From an uncultured Acidimicrobiia bacterium (GTDB lineage Bacteria > Actinomycetota > Acidimicrobiia > IMCC26256 > JAENVU01): 64,000 bases of DNA. Of this stretch, positions 46,941 to 56,659 are shown one piece after another. The stretch lies in NCBI GenBank assembly GCA_963796755.1, contig CAWCMX010000005.1, positions 840,805-904,804 on the forward strand, written 5' to 3'. The translations under genes were made by a program, and so were the position numbers. The notes beneath the pieces were generated by a model. That model made no database searches, was not told the DNA's origin, and saw nothing but the letters and a program-made list of their open reading frames with translations. How positions within the stretch are numbered: position 1 is the stretch's first letter; each line of letters starts with the position of its first letter.

Positions 46941-47337
46941 GTGTCGGGTACCTTCGCGAACGTGACGCAGGTCGAGGTCTCCGAGGAGCGGTTCGAGGCG
47001 ATGGTGGCCGACGCACTCGACGAGATCCCCGAGGAGCTCGCGTCGAAGTTCGAGAACGTCGCGGTGATGGTCCAGGACTGGCCGACCGCGGCCCAGCTCG
47101 GTGGCCGCCGCGGCACGTTGCTCGGTCTCTACGAAGGCATCGATCTGCCCCGTCGGTCTCCGCTCGGCTACAGCGGGGTCATGCCGGACCGGATCACGAT
47201 CTTTCGCGGTCCGCTGTGCGCGCGGGCGCACGACGAGGTGGAGCTCGCGGCGCAGGTGCGCGTCACGGTGCTCCACGAGGTCGGCCACTACTTCGGCATG
47301 TCGGAGAACGCGGTTGCGCGAGCTGGGCTGGGCGTAG
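46941..47337 (+). pseudogene. zincin-like metallopeptidase family protein (DUF1025-type), one apparent frameshift near 47305
   Basis: GTG 46941 follows AAGGGAG. …FEAMVADALDEIPEELASKFENVAVMV…ITIFRGPL…VTVLHEVGHYFGM carries the HExxH motif. The usual ending …RLRELGWA* appears in the frame of 47101..47337. In the uncorrected frame the ORF runs on into the next gene. Confidence 0.7.
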
Positions 47338-47342
47338 CGCGG

Positions 47343-48655
47343 GTGTTCCGAACGACGGACCGCTGGCGCAACTGGGGACGGAACCAGCACAGCACGCCGG
47401 CCGCGATCGACGAGCCGCGGAGCCTGCTGGAGGTGGTGGAGTCCGTCGAGACCGCGGCGTCGGCGGGGCAGACGGTGAAGGTGGTCGCGTCGGGGCACTC
47501 GTTCTCGGACGTTGCCGTCACCACCGGTCGCATGTTGCGCATCGGCGCGCTGGACCGTGTCGTCGCGGTCGATCGCGACGCGATGACTGCGACCGTCGAG
47601 GCCGGGATCCCGCTGTGGGTGCTGAACGACGAGCTCGCCAAGCGGGATCTCGCGCTCTCCAACCTCGGCGACATCGATCGCCAGACCATCGCCGGCGCGA
47701 CCTCTACCGGGACGCACGGCACCGGCTTGCGCTACGGATCGATCGCCGCCGCGATCGTCGGGCTCGAGCTCGTGACCGCGAGTGGCGACGTCGTGCGCTG
47801 CTCCGCCACCGAGGAGCCCGAGATCTTCCATTGCGCGCGTGCGTCGGCCTCGGGGTGCTCGGCGTCGTGACCCGGCTGACGTTGCAGTGCGAGCCGTTGT
47901 TCAGGCTCCGGGCGGTCGAGGTGCCCAAGCCGTGGGACGAGTTCCTCGTGGAGTGGGACGCCATCGTCGAGGCCAACGACCACGTCGACTGCTACTGGTT
48001 TCCCCACACCGACACCTGCACGGTGAAGACGAGCAACCGCACGGACGATCCGATCCGCACCCGGCGCGGCTACAAGAAGTGGAAGAGCGAGATCTACTAC
48101 GGCAACTTCCGCCACGGCGCGAACGCGGCGCTGGGTCGCCGGCGGCCGCAGAAGATCCCCGGGCTCGCGCAGGGTGTCGTGGCGGGGATGCACCGCACCG
48201 AACGCGTCGACGTGAGCTACCACGTCTTCTGCACCACGCGTCTCGTGCGCTTCGTCGAGATGGAGTACGCAATCCCGCGCGCTGAGATGGCGACGGGTCT
48301 GCGCGGCATCCGCGACCTGATCCAACGCGAGGGGCTCCTCGTCGACTTCCCGGTCGAGATCCGTGGCATCGGTCCCGACGACATCCCGCTCAGCATGGGG
48401 TCGGGTCGCGAGACCTGTTACCTCGCGGTCCACATGTCGACGGGCACACCGTACGAGCGGTACTTCCACGGCGTCGAGGAGATCATGAACGGGCTCGGCG
48501 GGCGCCCGCACTGGGGCAAGATGCACTTCCAGACCGCCGCGTCGCTGGCGCCGCGATACCCCGAGTGGTCGCGGTTCCAAGCGGTGCGGCGACGGCTCGA
48601 TCCGGACGGCAGATTTGGCAGCGCGTTCGCTGATCGCGTGCTGGGCGCGCCGTAG
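47343..48655 (+). pseudogene. FAD-linked D-arabinono-1,4-lactone/L-gulonolactone oxidase-like oxidoreductase, one apparent frameshift (~47835)
   Basis: …WRNWGRNQHSTPAAIDEPRS…VKVVASGHSFSDVA…GATSTGTHGTG lies in the frame of 46512..47870. It continues …GLGVLGVVTRLTLQCEP…DHVDCYWFPHTD…VEMEYAIP…GGRPHWGKMH… in 46901..48655. Confidence 0.8.
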
Positions 48656-48664
48656 GCTGGGCGC

Positions 48665-49331
48665 ATGCCGCCGTATCCGAGGAAGCTCATCAATGAGGGT
48701 GAGAACGTCGTCCTCGACCTCAAGCCCCACTGGTTCTTCTTCTGGAAGCACATCGTGGTCGGGATCGTGTTCCTCGTGGTGTTCGTGCTCTGGCTCGGGC
48801 CCGCGAACGGCACGAGCTGGCTGGGCTGGCCGCTCGGGATCGGCCTGCTGGTCTTCGCCGCCTTCGTCGTCGAGAAGTACCTGGTGTGGACCTACACGCA
48901 CTTCGTGCTCACCGACCGGCGTGTGATCTCACGGTCCGGCATCGTCTCGAAGCGCGGCACCGAGATCCCGCTCGAGCGCATCAACAACATCGACTTCCAC
49001 CAGAACATCCTGCTGCGGATGATCGGCGCCGGGGACCTGGACATCGAGTCGGCGGGCAAGGACGGTCAGAGCCACTTCGACAACGTCCGGCACCCGGACA
49101 TGGTCCAGCAAGAGGTGTACCGCCAGATGGAGGCGAACGCGCGCCGTCAGGCCTCCTGGTCGGGTGAGGCTGCCGCGGCAGGCGGGGCTCGGCGCGCCGA
49201 CCGCGATCCCGGTGCACGAGTCGCCGGACATCGCGGACCAGATCACGAAGCTTGCGGCCTTGCGCGACCAGGGCCACATCACTCCCGCGGAGTTCGAGGC
49301 GAAGAAGGCCGAGCTGCTCGAGCGGATGTGA
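48665..49331 (+). pseudogene. membrane PH-domain (bPH_2/YdbT-like) protein with C-terminal SHOCT-like tail, one apparent frameshift (~49190)
   Basis: MPPYPRKLINEGENVVLDLKPHWFFFWKHIVVG…THFVLTDRRVISRSGIVSKRGTEIPLERINNIDF…GDLDIESAG lies in the 48665 frame. Hand translation of the end gives IPVHESPDIADQITKLAALRDQGHITPAEFEAKKAELLERM*, with the stop at 49329..49331. Confidence 0.7.
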
Positions 49332-50037
49332 GGGTCGTCTCCCTCGTACCGTCCGCAACGGAGACGCTCGTCGCGCTCGGCGTGATCCCCGTCGCGTGCA
49401 CCCGCTTCTGCGAGCAGGACGGGATCCCGACGGTCGGCGGCACCAAGGATCCGCACATCGACGAGATCGTGGCGCTCGCCCCGGACCTGGTCGTGGTCAA
49501 CGACGAGGAGAACCGGCATCGCGGACGCCGAAGCGCTGACCGTCGCGGGCCTCGAGCTCCACTCGATGTCACCGCGCTCGGTCACCGACGTCGGTCCCGC
49601 GGTCTCGGAGCTCGCCGTGCGGGTGGGCGCGACCGTCGACCCGGTCTTCGGTCGGGAACGCTGGCGGGCGTTGCTCGAGGCCGCGCGGCAGCCCCCACAC
49701 GGGCGCGTCGCCGTCCTCATCTGGCGCCGACCCTGGATGACCATGACGGCCGACACCTACGGGGCGTCGGTCCTCGCCCTGCTCGGCTGGAGAGAGCGTG
49801 GTCGGCGACGCGCCCGACCGCTATCCGGAGGATCTCACTCGGTGAGCTCGGCGCGGTCGGGCCAGGTGTCGTGCTGCTGCCCGACGAGCCGTACCCGTTC
49901 GCGGATCGCCACATCGCCGAGGTCGGCTGCTGGCGTCCCCGATGCCCGCGTTGCGCTGGTGGACGGCCAGCGACCTCTTCTGGTGGGGGATTCGCACCCC
50001 GGATGCGCTCGCGCGCCTGTCGGCGGCGGACTGGTAG
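49328..50037 (+). pseudogene. cobalamin/metal-binding 'helical backbone' (BtuF/TroA-fold) protein, about five apparent frameshifts
   Basis: GTG 49328 overlaps the previous stop. VRVVSLVPSATETLVALGVIPVACT…TVGGTKDPHIDEIVALAPDLVVVNDEEN is followed by IADAEALTVAGLELHSMSPRSVTDV…RVAVLIWRRPWMTMTADTYGASVLALLGW. Further pieces are …VVGDAPDRYPE…, …GVVLLPDEPYPFADRHIAEV…, …VPDARVALVDGQ… and DLFWWGIRTPDALARLSAADW*. These are read across all three frames. Confidence 0.65.
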
Positions 50038-50056
50038 CGGCAGTACCTTCGTAGGC

Positions 50057-51208
50057 ATGCAGCGCACCCTCTTCGACTCAGATCACGAGCTGTTCCGCGA
50101 CTCCGTGCGGGCCTTCATCGCCAAGGAGCTCGTGCCGCACTCCGAGGAATGGGAGCACGCCGGCATCGTCGACCGCGAGGTGTTCGCCAAGGCCGGCGCG
50201 CAGGGCTTCCTCGGCATCGCGGTACCCGAGGAGTACGGCGGCGGGGGAGTCGCCGGACTTCCGCTACAACGTCGTGATCGCCGAGGAGATCCAGCGCGCG
50301 GGCGTGAACGCCGCGGGCCTCGGCTGGACGCTGCACAACGACATCTGCCTGCCCTACTTCCTCACCCTGTGCACCGACGAGCAGAAGGCCCGGTGGATCC
50401 CCGGGATCTGCTCGGGCGAGCTCATCACCGCGATCGCGATGACCGAGCCCGGCATCGGGTCGGACCTCGCCTCGCATGAGCACGAGTGCGATCCTCGATG
50501 GCGACCACTACGTCGTGAACGGCTCGAAGACGTTCATCACGAACGGGATCAATGCGGACCTCGTCGTCACCGCAGTGAAGACCGACCCGACGCAACGACA
50601 CACGGGCATGAGCCTGATCGTGCTCGAGCGCGGCATGGACGGCTTCGAGCGGGGCCGCAACCTGGACAAGATCGGCCTGCACGCCCAGGACACCGCCGAG
50701 CTCTTCTTCACCGACGTGCCGTTCCCGTGGCGAACCGGCTGGGCGACGAGGGCCAGGGCTTCCTGGGTCTCGTGGACAAGCTGCCCCAGGAGCGACTCTC
50801 GATCGCGGTGACCGCAGTGGCCGCGGCCGCGCCAGGCACTCGACATCACCCTCGAGTACGTGAAGGAGCGCACCGCGTTCGGCAAGCCGATCGGGACGTT
50901 CCAGAACAGCCGGTTCCGCCTCGCCGAGATGGCCACGGAGATCGACATCGGGCAGACCTACGTCGACCGGGCGGTGCTCGCCTTGAATGACGGCGAGCTG
51001 ACGGCCGAAGAGGCCGCCATGGCGAAGTGGTGGTGCACCGAGCTGCAGAAGCGCGGTCGTCGACACGTGCCTCCAGCTGCACGGCGGCTACGGGTACATG
51101 AACGAGTACCCGATCGCCCGGGCGTACGCCGATGCCCGCATCACCACGATCTACGGGGGCACCACCGAGATCATGAAGGAGATCATCGGGAAGTCGCTCG
51201 GCGTCTGA
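50057..51208 (+). pseudogene. acyl-CoA dehydrogenase, about five apparent frameshifts (~50262, ~50470, ~50725, ~50835, ~51055)
   Basis: The pieces are: MQRTLFDSDHELFRDSVRAFIAKELVPHSEEWEHAGIVDREVFAKAG…; IAEEIQRAGVNAAGLGWTLHNDICLPYF…GELITAIAMTEPGIGSDLAS; MSTSAILDGDHYVVNGSKTFITNG…; NRLGDEGQGFLGLVDKLPQERLSIAV; EYVKERTAFGKPIGTFQNSRFRLAEMATEI…; and a hand-translated end VVDTCLQLHGGYGYMNEYPIARAYADARITTIYGGTTEIMKEIIGKSLGV*. Confidence 0.8.
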
Positions 51209-51211
51209 GGC

Positions 51212-51476
51212 CTAGTGGTCCAGGGCCTCGATGACCCAGGCGATCACGAAGCCGGAGACGACTGCCGCGACACCGCGTGATGACGATGCTGTCCGTGAGC
51301 ACGTAGGCCAGACCGCCCGGCAGGACGCACGCCACGGCCCCCAGGGCAATCGAGCCCGGGATGTTCGACAACAGGTGATGGCGGTTGGTCGTCCGCTCGT
51401 TCTTCGCGATGACCGTGAGGATTCCGAAGAACGTTCCGGCCGCGCCCGCGAGGACGATCAACACAAGAATGGCCAC
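51212..51476 (-). pseudogene. small hydrophobic membrane protein, one apparent frameshift (~51275)
   Basis: MAILVLIVLAGAAGTFFGILTVIAKNERTTNRHHLLSNIPGSIALGAVACVLPGGLAYVLTDSIVIT (51183..51476) continues by hand translation as GVAAVVSGFVIAWVIEALDH*, with the stop at 51212..51214. Confidence 0.55.
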
Positions 51477-51665
51477 AGGCGAAAAAGTGTACTGAGGTCA
51501 GATCGGAACGAAGCTGCATTGCCGCGACAAATCCTGGAGTGAGAACGGCGCTGCAATCATCGCTATGCTGCACCGCGAGGCAGGGTCTTTCCCCATATCT
51601 ACTAGCCCAAGGAGAACACCTCCACATGCCTCCCGCAAAGAAGGCCACCAGTCACGCGCGCCTCG

Positions 51666-52088
51666 GTGCCCGGAGCGAAAAAGCGTGGCCCCGCGAAGAT
51701 GACTGCGTCGCACAAGCAGGCGCTCGCCGAAGGACGCGAAGCATCCCGTCACGTGCGGGCGTACCTCGAGGCGTTGCAGGCCAACAAGCCCAAGCGCGGC
51801 CGCAAGCGCACCAAGGAAACCGTGCAGAAGCAGCTCGACGACGTCTCCGCACAGATCGGTCCGGCGACCGGGCTGAAGAAGCTGGAGCTCGCGCAGCGCC
51901 GCATCGACCTCGCCGCCGAGCTCGAGAACTTTGCCGTGAAGGTCGACCTCTCGGATCTCCGGCGCAACTTCATCAAGCACGCGAAGCCGTACGCGAAGCG
52001 CAAGGGCATTACCTACGGTGCGTGGCGCGAAGCGGGCGTTCCGGCGGAAGATCTCAAGGCAGCCGGCATCACGCGCGGCGCGGCCTGA
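51666..52088 (+). CDS. basic (Lys/Arg-rich) hypothetical protein
   Basis: This is the ORF as listed (GTG start). …KMTASHKQALAEGREASRHVRAYLEALQANKPKRGRKRTKETVQKQLDD…KPYAKRKGITYGAWREAGVPAEDLKAAGI. An ATG at 51626 with a strong AAGGAG upstream (MPPAKKATS…) lies in another frame, so the true N-terminus may need a frameshift near 51660. Confidence 0.6.
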   Translation: MPGAKKRGPAKMTASHKQALAEGREASRHVRAYLEALQANKPKRGRKRTKETVQKQLDDVSAQIGPATGLKKLELAQRRIDLAAELENFAVKVDLSDLRRNFIKHAKPYAKRKGITYGAWREAGVPAEDLKAAGITRGAA

Positions 52089-52103
52089 ACCAGGCCCGGA
52101 TCC

Positions 52104-52609
52104 TTGGTTGATTGCGACGAGTGCGGGCTCGTCTATGCATCAATTCCGGTGACCGACATTCCGAATGCGCTCGGAGCATTCGGGCCGATGTACCGGGCTC
52201 GGCTCGACGCCGAGCCGGCAGTGCTCCGCGCCCGTCCGAGCCCGCAGATCTGGTCGGCGCTGGAGTACTCGTGCCATGTCCGCGACATGCTCGACGTGCA
52301 GCGGGGCCGATTGCAGCTGGCCTTGGCGGAGGATTGTCCGACGTTCGTCCCGATGGGCCGGGACGAGCGGGTCACGCGGGACCAGTACAACGGGCAGGAC
52401 CCGTTGGTGGTCGCCGACCAGCTCGCCGCCGCGGCGGTCGCGATCGGGGCCGAGTTCGCGGGCTTGCGGGCCGAGCAGTGGGAGCGGACCGCGATCTACA
52501 GCTGGCCGACCGAGAGCGAACGGTCGATGGTGTGGCTCGGGCGGCACACGATCCACGAGGGCCGTCACCATCTTCGGGACATCGACGCGGGGCTGAGCGG
52601 CGGCGCTGA
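52104..52609 (+). CDS. DinB-family protein with N-terminal CxxC; 3' end uncertain
   Basis: (TTG)VDCDECGLVYASIPVTDI…WSALEYSCHVRDMLDVQRGRL…RSMVWLGRHTIHEGRHHLRDIDAGL. As given, the frame has no stop and reads through a low-complexity linker into the sigma gene (ORF 52104..53042). The end at 52609 is the stop of a neighbouring frame and is a guess. Confidence 0.5.
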
Positions 52610-52706
52610 CCTGAGCTCATCGGGACCCGTGCCGCGCCCCGGCGGGCGGCGCCTCCGCTCGAGCCGTGCGGTAACCGGACCGGCGCGGGCAGGCTCCTCT
52701 CTGGTG

Positions 52707-54642
52707 ATGACGCTTTTCGAGGATCGGGATCGTTGGGCGGCGCTGGTCGGCGCCGCCCAACGGGGCGATGCCAGTGCCTGGCCGGAGCTCATCGACCGAT
52801 TCGAAGACATCGCGGTCGCCTCCGCCGTCGGGCTGTGCGGCGATCTGGACGAGGCGCTGGACATCGCGCAGGAAGCGTTCGTCCTGGCCTTCCGCCACAT
52901 CGCCAGCCTCCGGGACCCGGCTGCGTTCCCGGCCTGGCTCCTGCGGCTCGTCCGCACCGCGACCAACCGCCGGACCCGCCGCCGCCGGCCCACCACCGTG
53001 CCGCTCGACGCCGTACCCGCGGCGACGGTCCCGTTGCGCTGATGGACCCGGCCGCCGGGCCCGAGGAGGTCGTGCTCGCCGCCGTCGAGGCGGCCGAGGT
53101 CCGGGCCGCGGTCGAGCGCCTGCCCGAGGGCGAGCGGTGCGTGGTCGCGCTGCATCACCTGGCCGGGATGCCCTACGCGGAGGTCGCAGCCTTCCTCGGC
53201 ATCACCGTCCCTGCCGCCAAGAAGCGGGCGTGGTCCGCCCGCACCCGATTGCAGGAGCTGCTCCCCATGGTCGCCGACGCCCTCGCCGCCGCCCGCCCCT
53301 CTGGTACCGAATCGTTTCGGGACACGATCCTGCTGTTCCAGGCCCTCCGCGCCCAGGACGCCGATGGGCTGGCCCGTCTCCTGGCCCGGAACCCCTCATT
53401 GGCCACCGCCACCGAGGACTGGTCGCCGGTCGAGGGCAACGAGGCGCGGCTCGGGTTCTCGGATCGGGCGACCGCGCTGATCCGCGCGGCCGGCATCGGC
53501 GACCTCCGGCTGGTGCGCCTCCTGGTCGAGGCCGGCGCCCCGGTCGCTGACGTCGTGCCCGTGCGCGAACCACGAGAGCGCGCTGTGGGCGGCGGTCAAC
53601 ATCGGCGCGGCCGATGTCGTCGAGTACCTGCTCGATCACGGCGCCTCCGTCGACGGCGGGGCGTTCGACGGGGAGGCCACCGCCCTCCACGTCGCCGTGT
53701 ACCGCGAGCGGCACGATCTCGTGCGCCGGCTGCTGGCGGCCGGGGCCGACCCGGCGGCGACCGACGCGCACGGCCGCACCGCCGCGGACTGGGGTGTGCT
53801 GAAAGCGGCCCGCCGGTCCGAGGTGCACGACGGCGATGTCCTGTGGACCCGGATCCGGGCCCTCGACTTGTTCGCGCCGCTGCGGCGAGGGGCGCTGGTG
53901 CACATCCCGCCCGCCTACGGGCTCGGCGCGATCGTCGCCATGCTCGGCGTGGTCGACGCTCTCGCTCCCGCGCACTGGTGGATGATCGGGTTCGAGCACG
54001 GACCCTACGAGCCGGTGGAGTTGAAGCGGGACGTGCGCGAGCGTGCCATGACGGCGACGATCGACCTGATCGGGCCGGGCCATCCCGGCGACCGCCGCCG
54101 GCAGTTCGCCGACACCCTCGAGCGGCTGGCCGCGACGCCCGGCCCCAAGGTCGTCACGTGCGTGCCCGCGCCGGGGCACGAGCACGACGTCACCGTCGGC
54201 CTTCCCGGCCTCGCGGCCGACCCGTCGGTGCTGGCAACCCTCGTACTGGCGACGTACACACCCGAGCCTGCGCCGGTCCCCGAGGCGCTCCCCGAAGGCT
54301 TCGACGCCCGCATCACCTTCGACCCGGCCCGCGCCCGCGCTCGCCGCTGGCCCGCGATCGATCCGGACCGCACCAGCGTCCGGACCTACCCGGACGAGCG
54401 CCACAAGCACATCGCCCACGCCGCGCGCGCCGCCCTCGCCGACTACGCCGCGGTCGACCCCGCGTTCGCTCTCGCCGACCCGTCCGCGTTCGCCGACCCG
54501 GCTGCGGCCGAGCGGGCGCAGGCGCTCGTGCGCTACCTGGCCCACTCGTTCCGCGTGGTTCGAGCTGTTCTCCGCGCTGCCGACGGTCGAAACGCCGATG
54601 GCCGAGGTCCTCGACAGTGTCGAGGACCTGCTCGACCTCTGA
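52707..54642 (+). pseudogene. ECF sigma factor fused to ankyrin repeats and an F1-ATPase-beta-like (Walker-A-less) C-terminal domain; three apparent frameshifts (~53030, ~53550, ~54555)
   Basis: Sigma region 2: MTLFEDRDRWAALVGAAQRGDASAWPELIDRFEDIAVASAVGL…AQEAFVLAFRHI…WLLRLVRTATNR. Region 4: ERLPEGERCVVALHHLAGMPYAEVAAFLGITVPAAKKRAWSARTRL. Ankyrin: …ALIRAAGIGDLRLVRLLVEAGAP…SALWAAVNIGAADVVEYLLDHGASV…TALHVAVYRERHDLVRRLLAAGADPAATDAHGRTAADW. Then WTRIRALDLFAPLRRGALVHIPPAYGLGAIVAML…RWPAIDPDRTSVR…AERAQALVRYLAHSF…. Region 4 plus the first ankyrin repeats share one frame. The later ankyrin repeats plus the ATPase-like part share another. Confidence 0.65.
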
Positions 54643-54741
54643 GGGGGTCGAGGGACCGTCCCCGAACGCGCGGACACATCGACCTGGGGCATCGCCCTGA
54701 GGGGCCGTTGGAGGACGGGGAGAACGCTGCCTGGCGGGGCA

Positions 54742-56649
54742 CTAGGTGCGCAGGACCCGCGCGCCGTGCGCGGGGATGGTGAGCGTCGTGCCGTCGGGTG
54801 CGGTCCGGTCGGCCGCGGCGTCGGTCCAGTTGAAGAGCGCGACGACCGGCCCGCCGTCGCGCTCGGCCACCCACACGGAGGCGAGATCGTCGGGGAGGTC
54901 GTACGCGTGCTGCCGGCGGGCGTCGGCGTGGTCGAAGAGGTCGATCGGACGGAACCCGCGCTCGTCCCACGCGAGATCGAGCACGTCGGGATCTTCGAGG
55001 ACCGCCCGCTCCTCGGGGAGCAACGTCGAGAGCTGGTCGGCGAGCAGGAACGGTCCGCCCACCAGCGCGGCCACGACGGCCTGGGTGTGGGACTCCTCGA
55101 GGCGGTACCCGTCGGGGCCCCCGCGGCCGTCGCTGCCCCACGCCATCACGATCTCGGGGTCGTTCTGGAACCACCGCCCGTGCAGTGCCCACCGGCTCGC
55201 GGCCTGGCGCGCCTGTGCCTTGATGCCCTTCCAGCCGGTCCAGTCGTCGTCGAGGGGCTGGCCGTAGGCGCGCCCGAGCACGGGGACGGCGAGGTCGTGG
55301 CCGATGCGGTTGGCGTGGCAGATGCCGACCATCGGCAGCATCGGCGCGCCACACCCGAGCACGTAGACGTCCTCGCCGAGCGGATCGACGAACGCGCGGC
55401 AGGCCGCGGCGCAGCGCCTCCGTCCCGGTCACCCGCGCGTCATGGCGCCCGCCCTCCTGCGCACCGAGGTAGAGGAAGTCGAGCTTGACCATGTCGACGC
55501 CCCAGCTCCGCACCTGCGCCCCGAGGTCGCGCAGGTACTCGACGACGGCGGGGTTCGAGGCGTCGAGGGCCCAACGCCCGTGGCGGTCGCGCAGCCGTGG
55601 TGCCGCTCGCCCGGTCGATCACGCACCAGTCCTCGTGCTCGGTCCCGAGGCCCGGTGCACCCGGCTCGACCATGAAGGGCGCCAGCCAGAGCCCGCACCG
55701 CTGGTCGAGGCGATGGATCTCCTCGACCAGCTCGCCGAAGTCGTCGGGGAACCGCTCGCGGGGCCACCACGCCCCGTTGGCCTCCTGCCAGCCGTCGTCG
55801 ATCTGGAGCAGGTCGAAGCCCGGTCGATGGCCGAACCGCTCGCGCAGCAGCTGCGCGTTCTCGAGCAGGCGGCCGGTGCTGATCCGGGTCGCGTAGTGGT
55901 ACCAGGACTCCCAGCCGAGGGCCGGTGGCCCGGCCCACGGGCGGCGCGGCGTCAGCGCCGCGACGGCCTCGGTCACCGCGAGCGGGTCGGGCCCGGCACT
56001 GATCGCGATCGACTCCGACGCGATCTCGTCCCCCGCCGCCACGGGCCGGGTCGCCGTCGCCACCTGCATCTCGTGGCCCCAGCTGCCGTCGACGAGATGA
56101 TGCGTCGGCGCGGGCTCGGCGTGGACGATCAGCTCGTTGCCAGTGCGGTTGACGCGGGTGACGAGCTGCTCGCAGGTGAGCGCTTGGATCGCGAGTGCGC
56201 CCGACGCGGTCGTGACCGTCGAGCTCCAGTACGAGTCCGTCGCTGTCCGGGTCCGCGCGCGCACGCCGGCGTACGACCACGAGTCGTACCCGTTCACCAG
56301 CTGCCGGTCGAGGTCCGGGGTCACGACGCCGGCGAGGCGGGATGACACTGCGCACGCGGTCGTCGCGTTCGGGCCGGTATCCCGCTTGCACCTCGAGGAT
56401 GTCGCCGTCCGCCGGGAGCCGGAGCTCGAGCCACGCGGTGCCGTCGGTGAGGGTCCAGCGGGCCCGGGCGCCGGTGCGCGTCGTCTCGACGTGCCAGACG
56501 CCGCGGGCCCGGCTCGGGGTTCCAGGCGTCCGATTCGACGCGCATGCGCACACGGCCCGAGGGTCACCGCGGCACTGCGTCCAGCGTGCGGTCCAGGTTC
56601 CCGATCCGAGCTCGAGCCGGACCGCGCCGTTGCCCAGGGTTCGGCTCAT
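54742..56649 (-). pseudogene. alpha-galactosidase (clan GH-D, GH36-like), at least three apparent frameshifts (~56340, ~55620, ~55390; probably two more near 56500-56545)
   Basis: The pieces are: MSRTLGNGAVRLELGSGTW…WLELRLPADGDILEVQAGY (55429..56649); …LGWESWYHYATRI…LLQIDDGWQ…WLAPFMV (55440..56567); …VRSWGVDMVKLDFLYLGA (54533..55513); and …LGCGAPMLPMVG…WFQNDPEIVM…VALFNW… (54742..55362). Confidence 0.75.
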
Positions 56650-56659
56650 CCAGTCCCAC

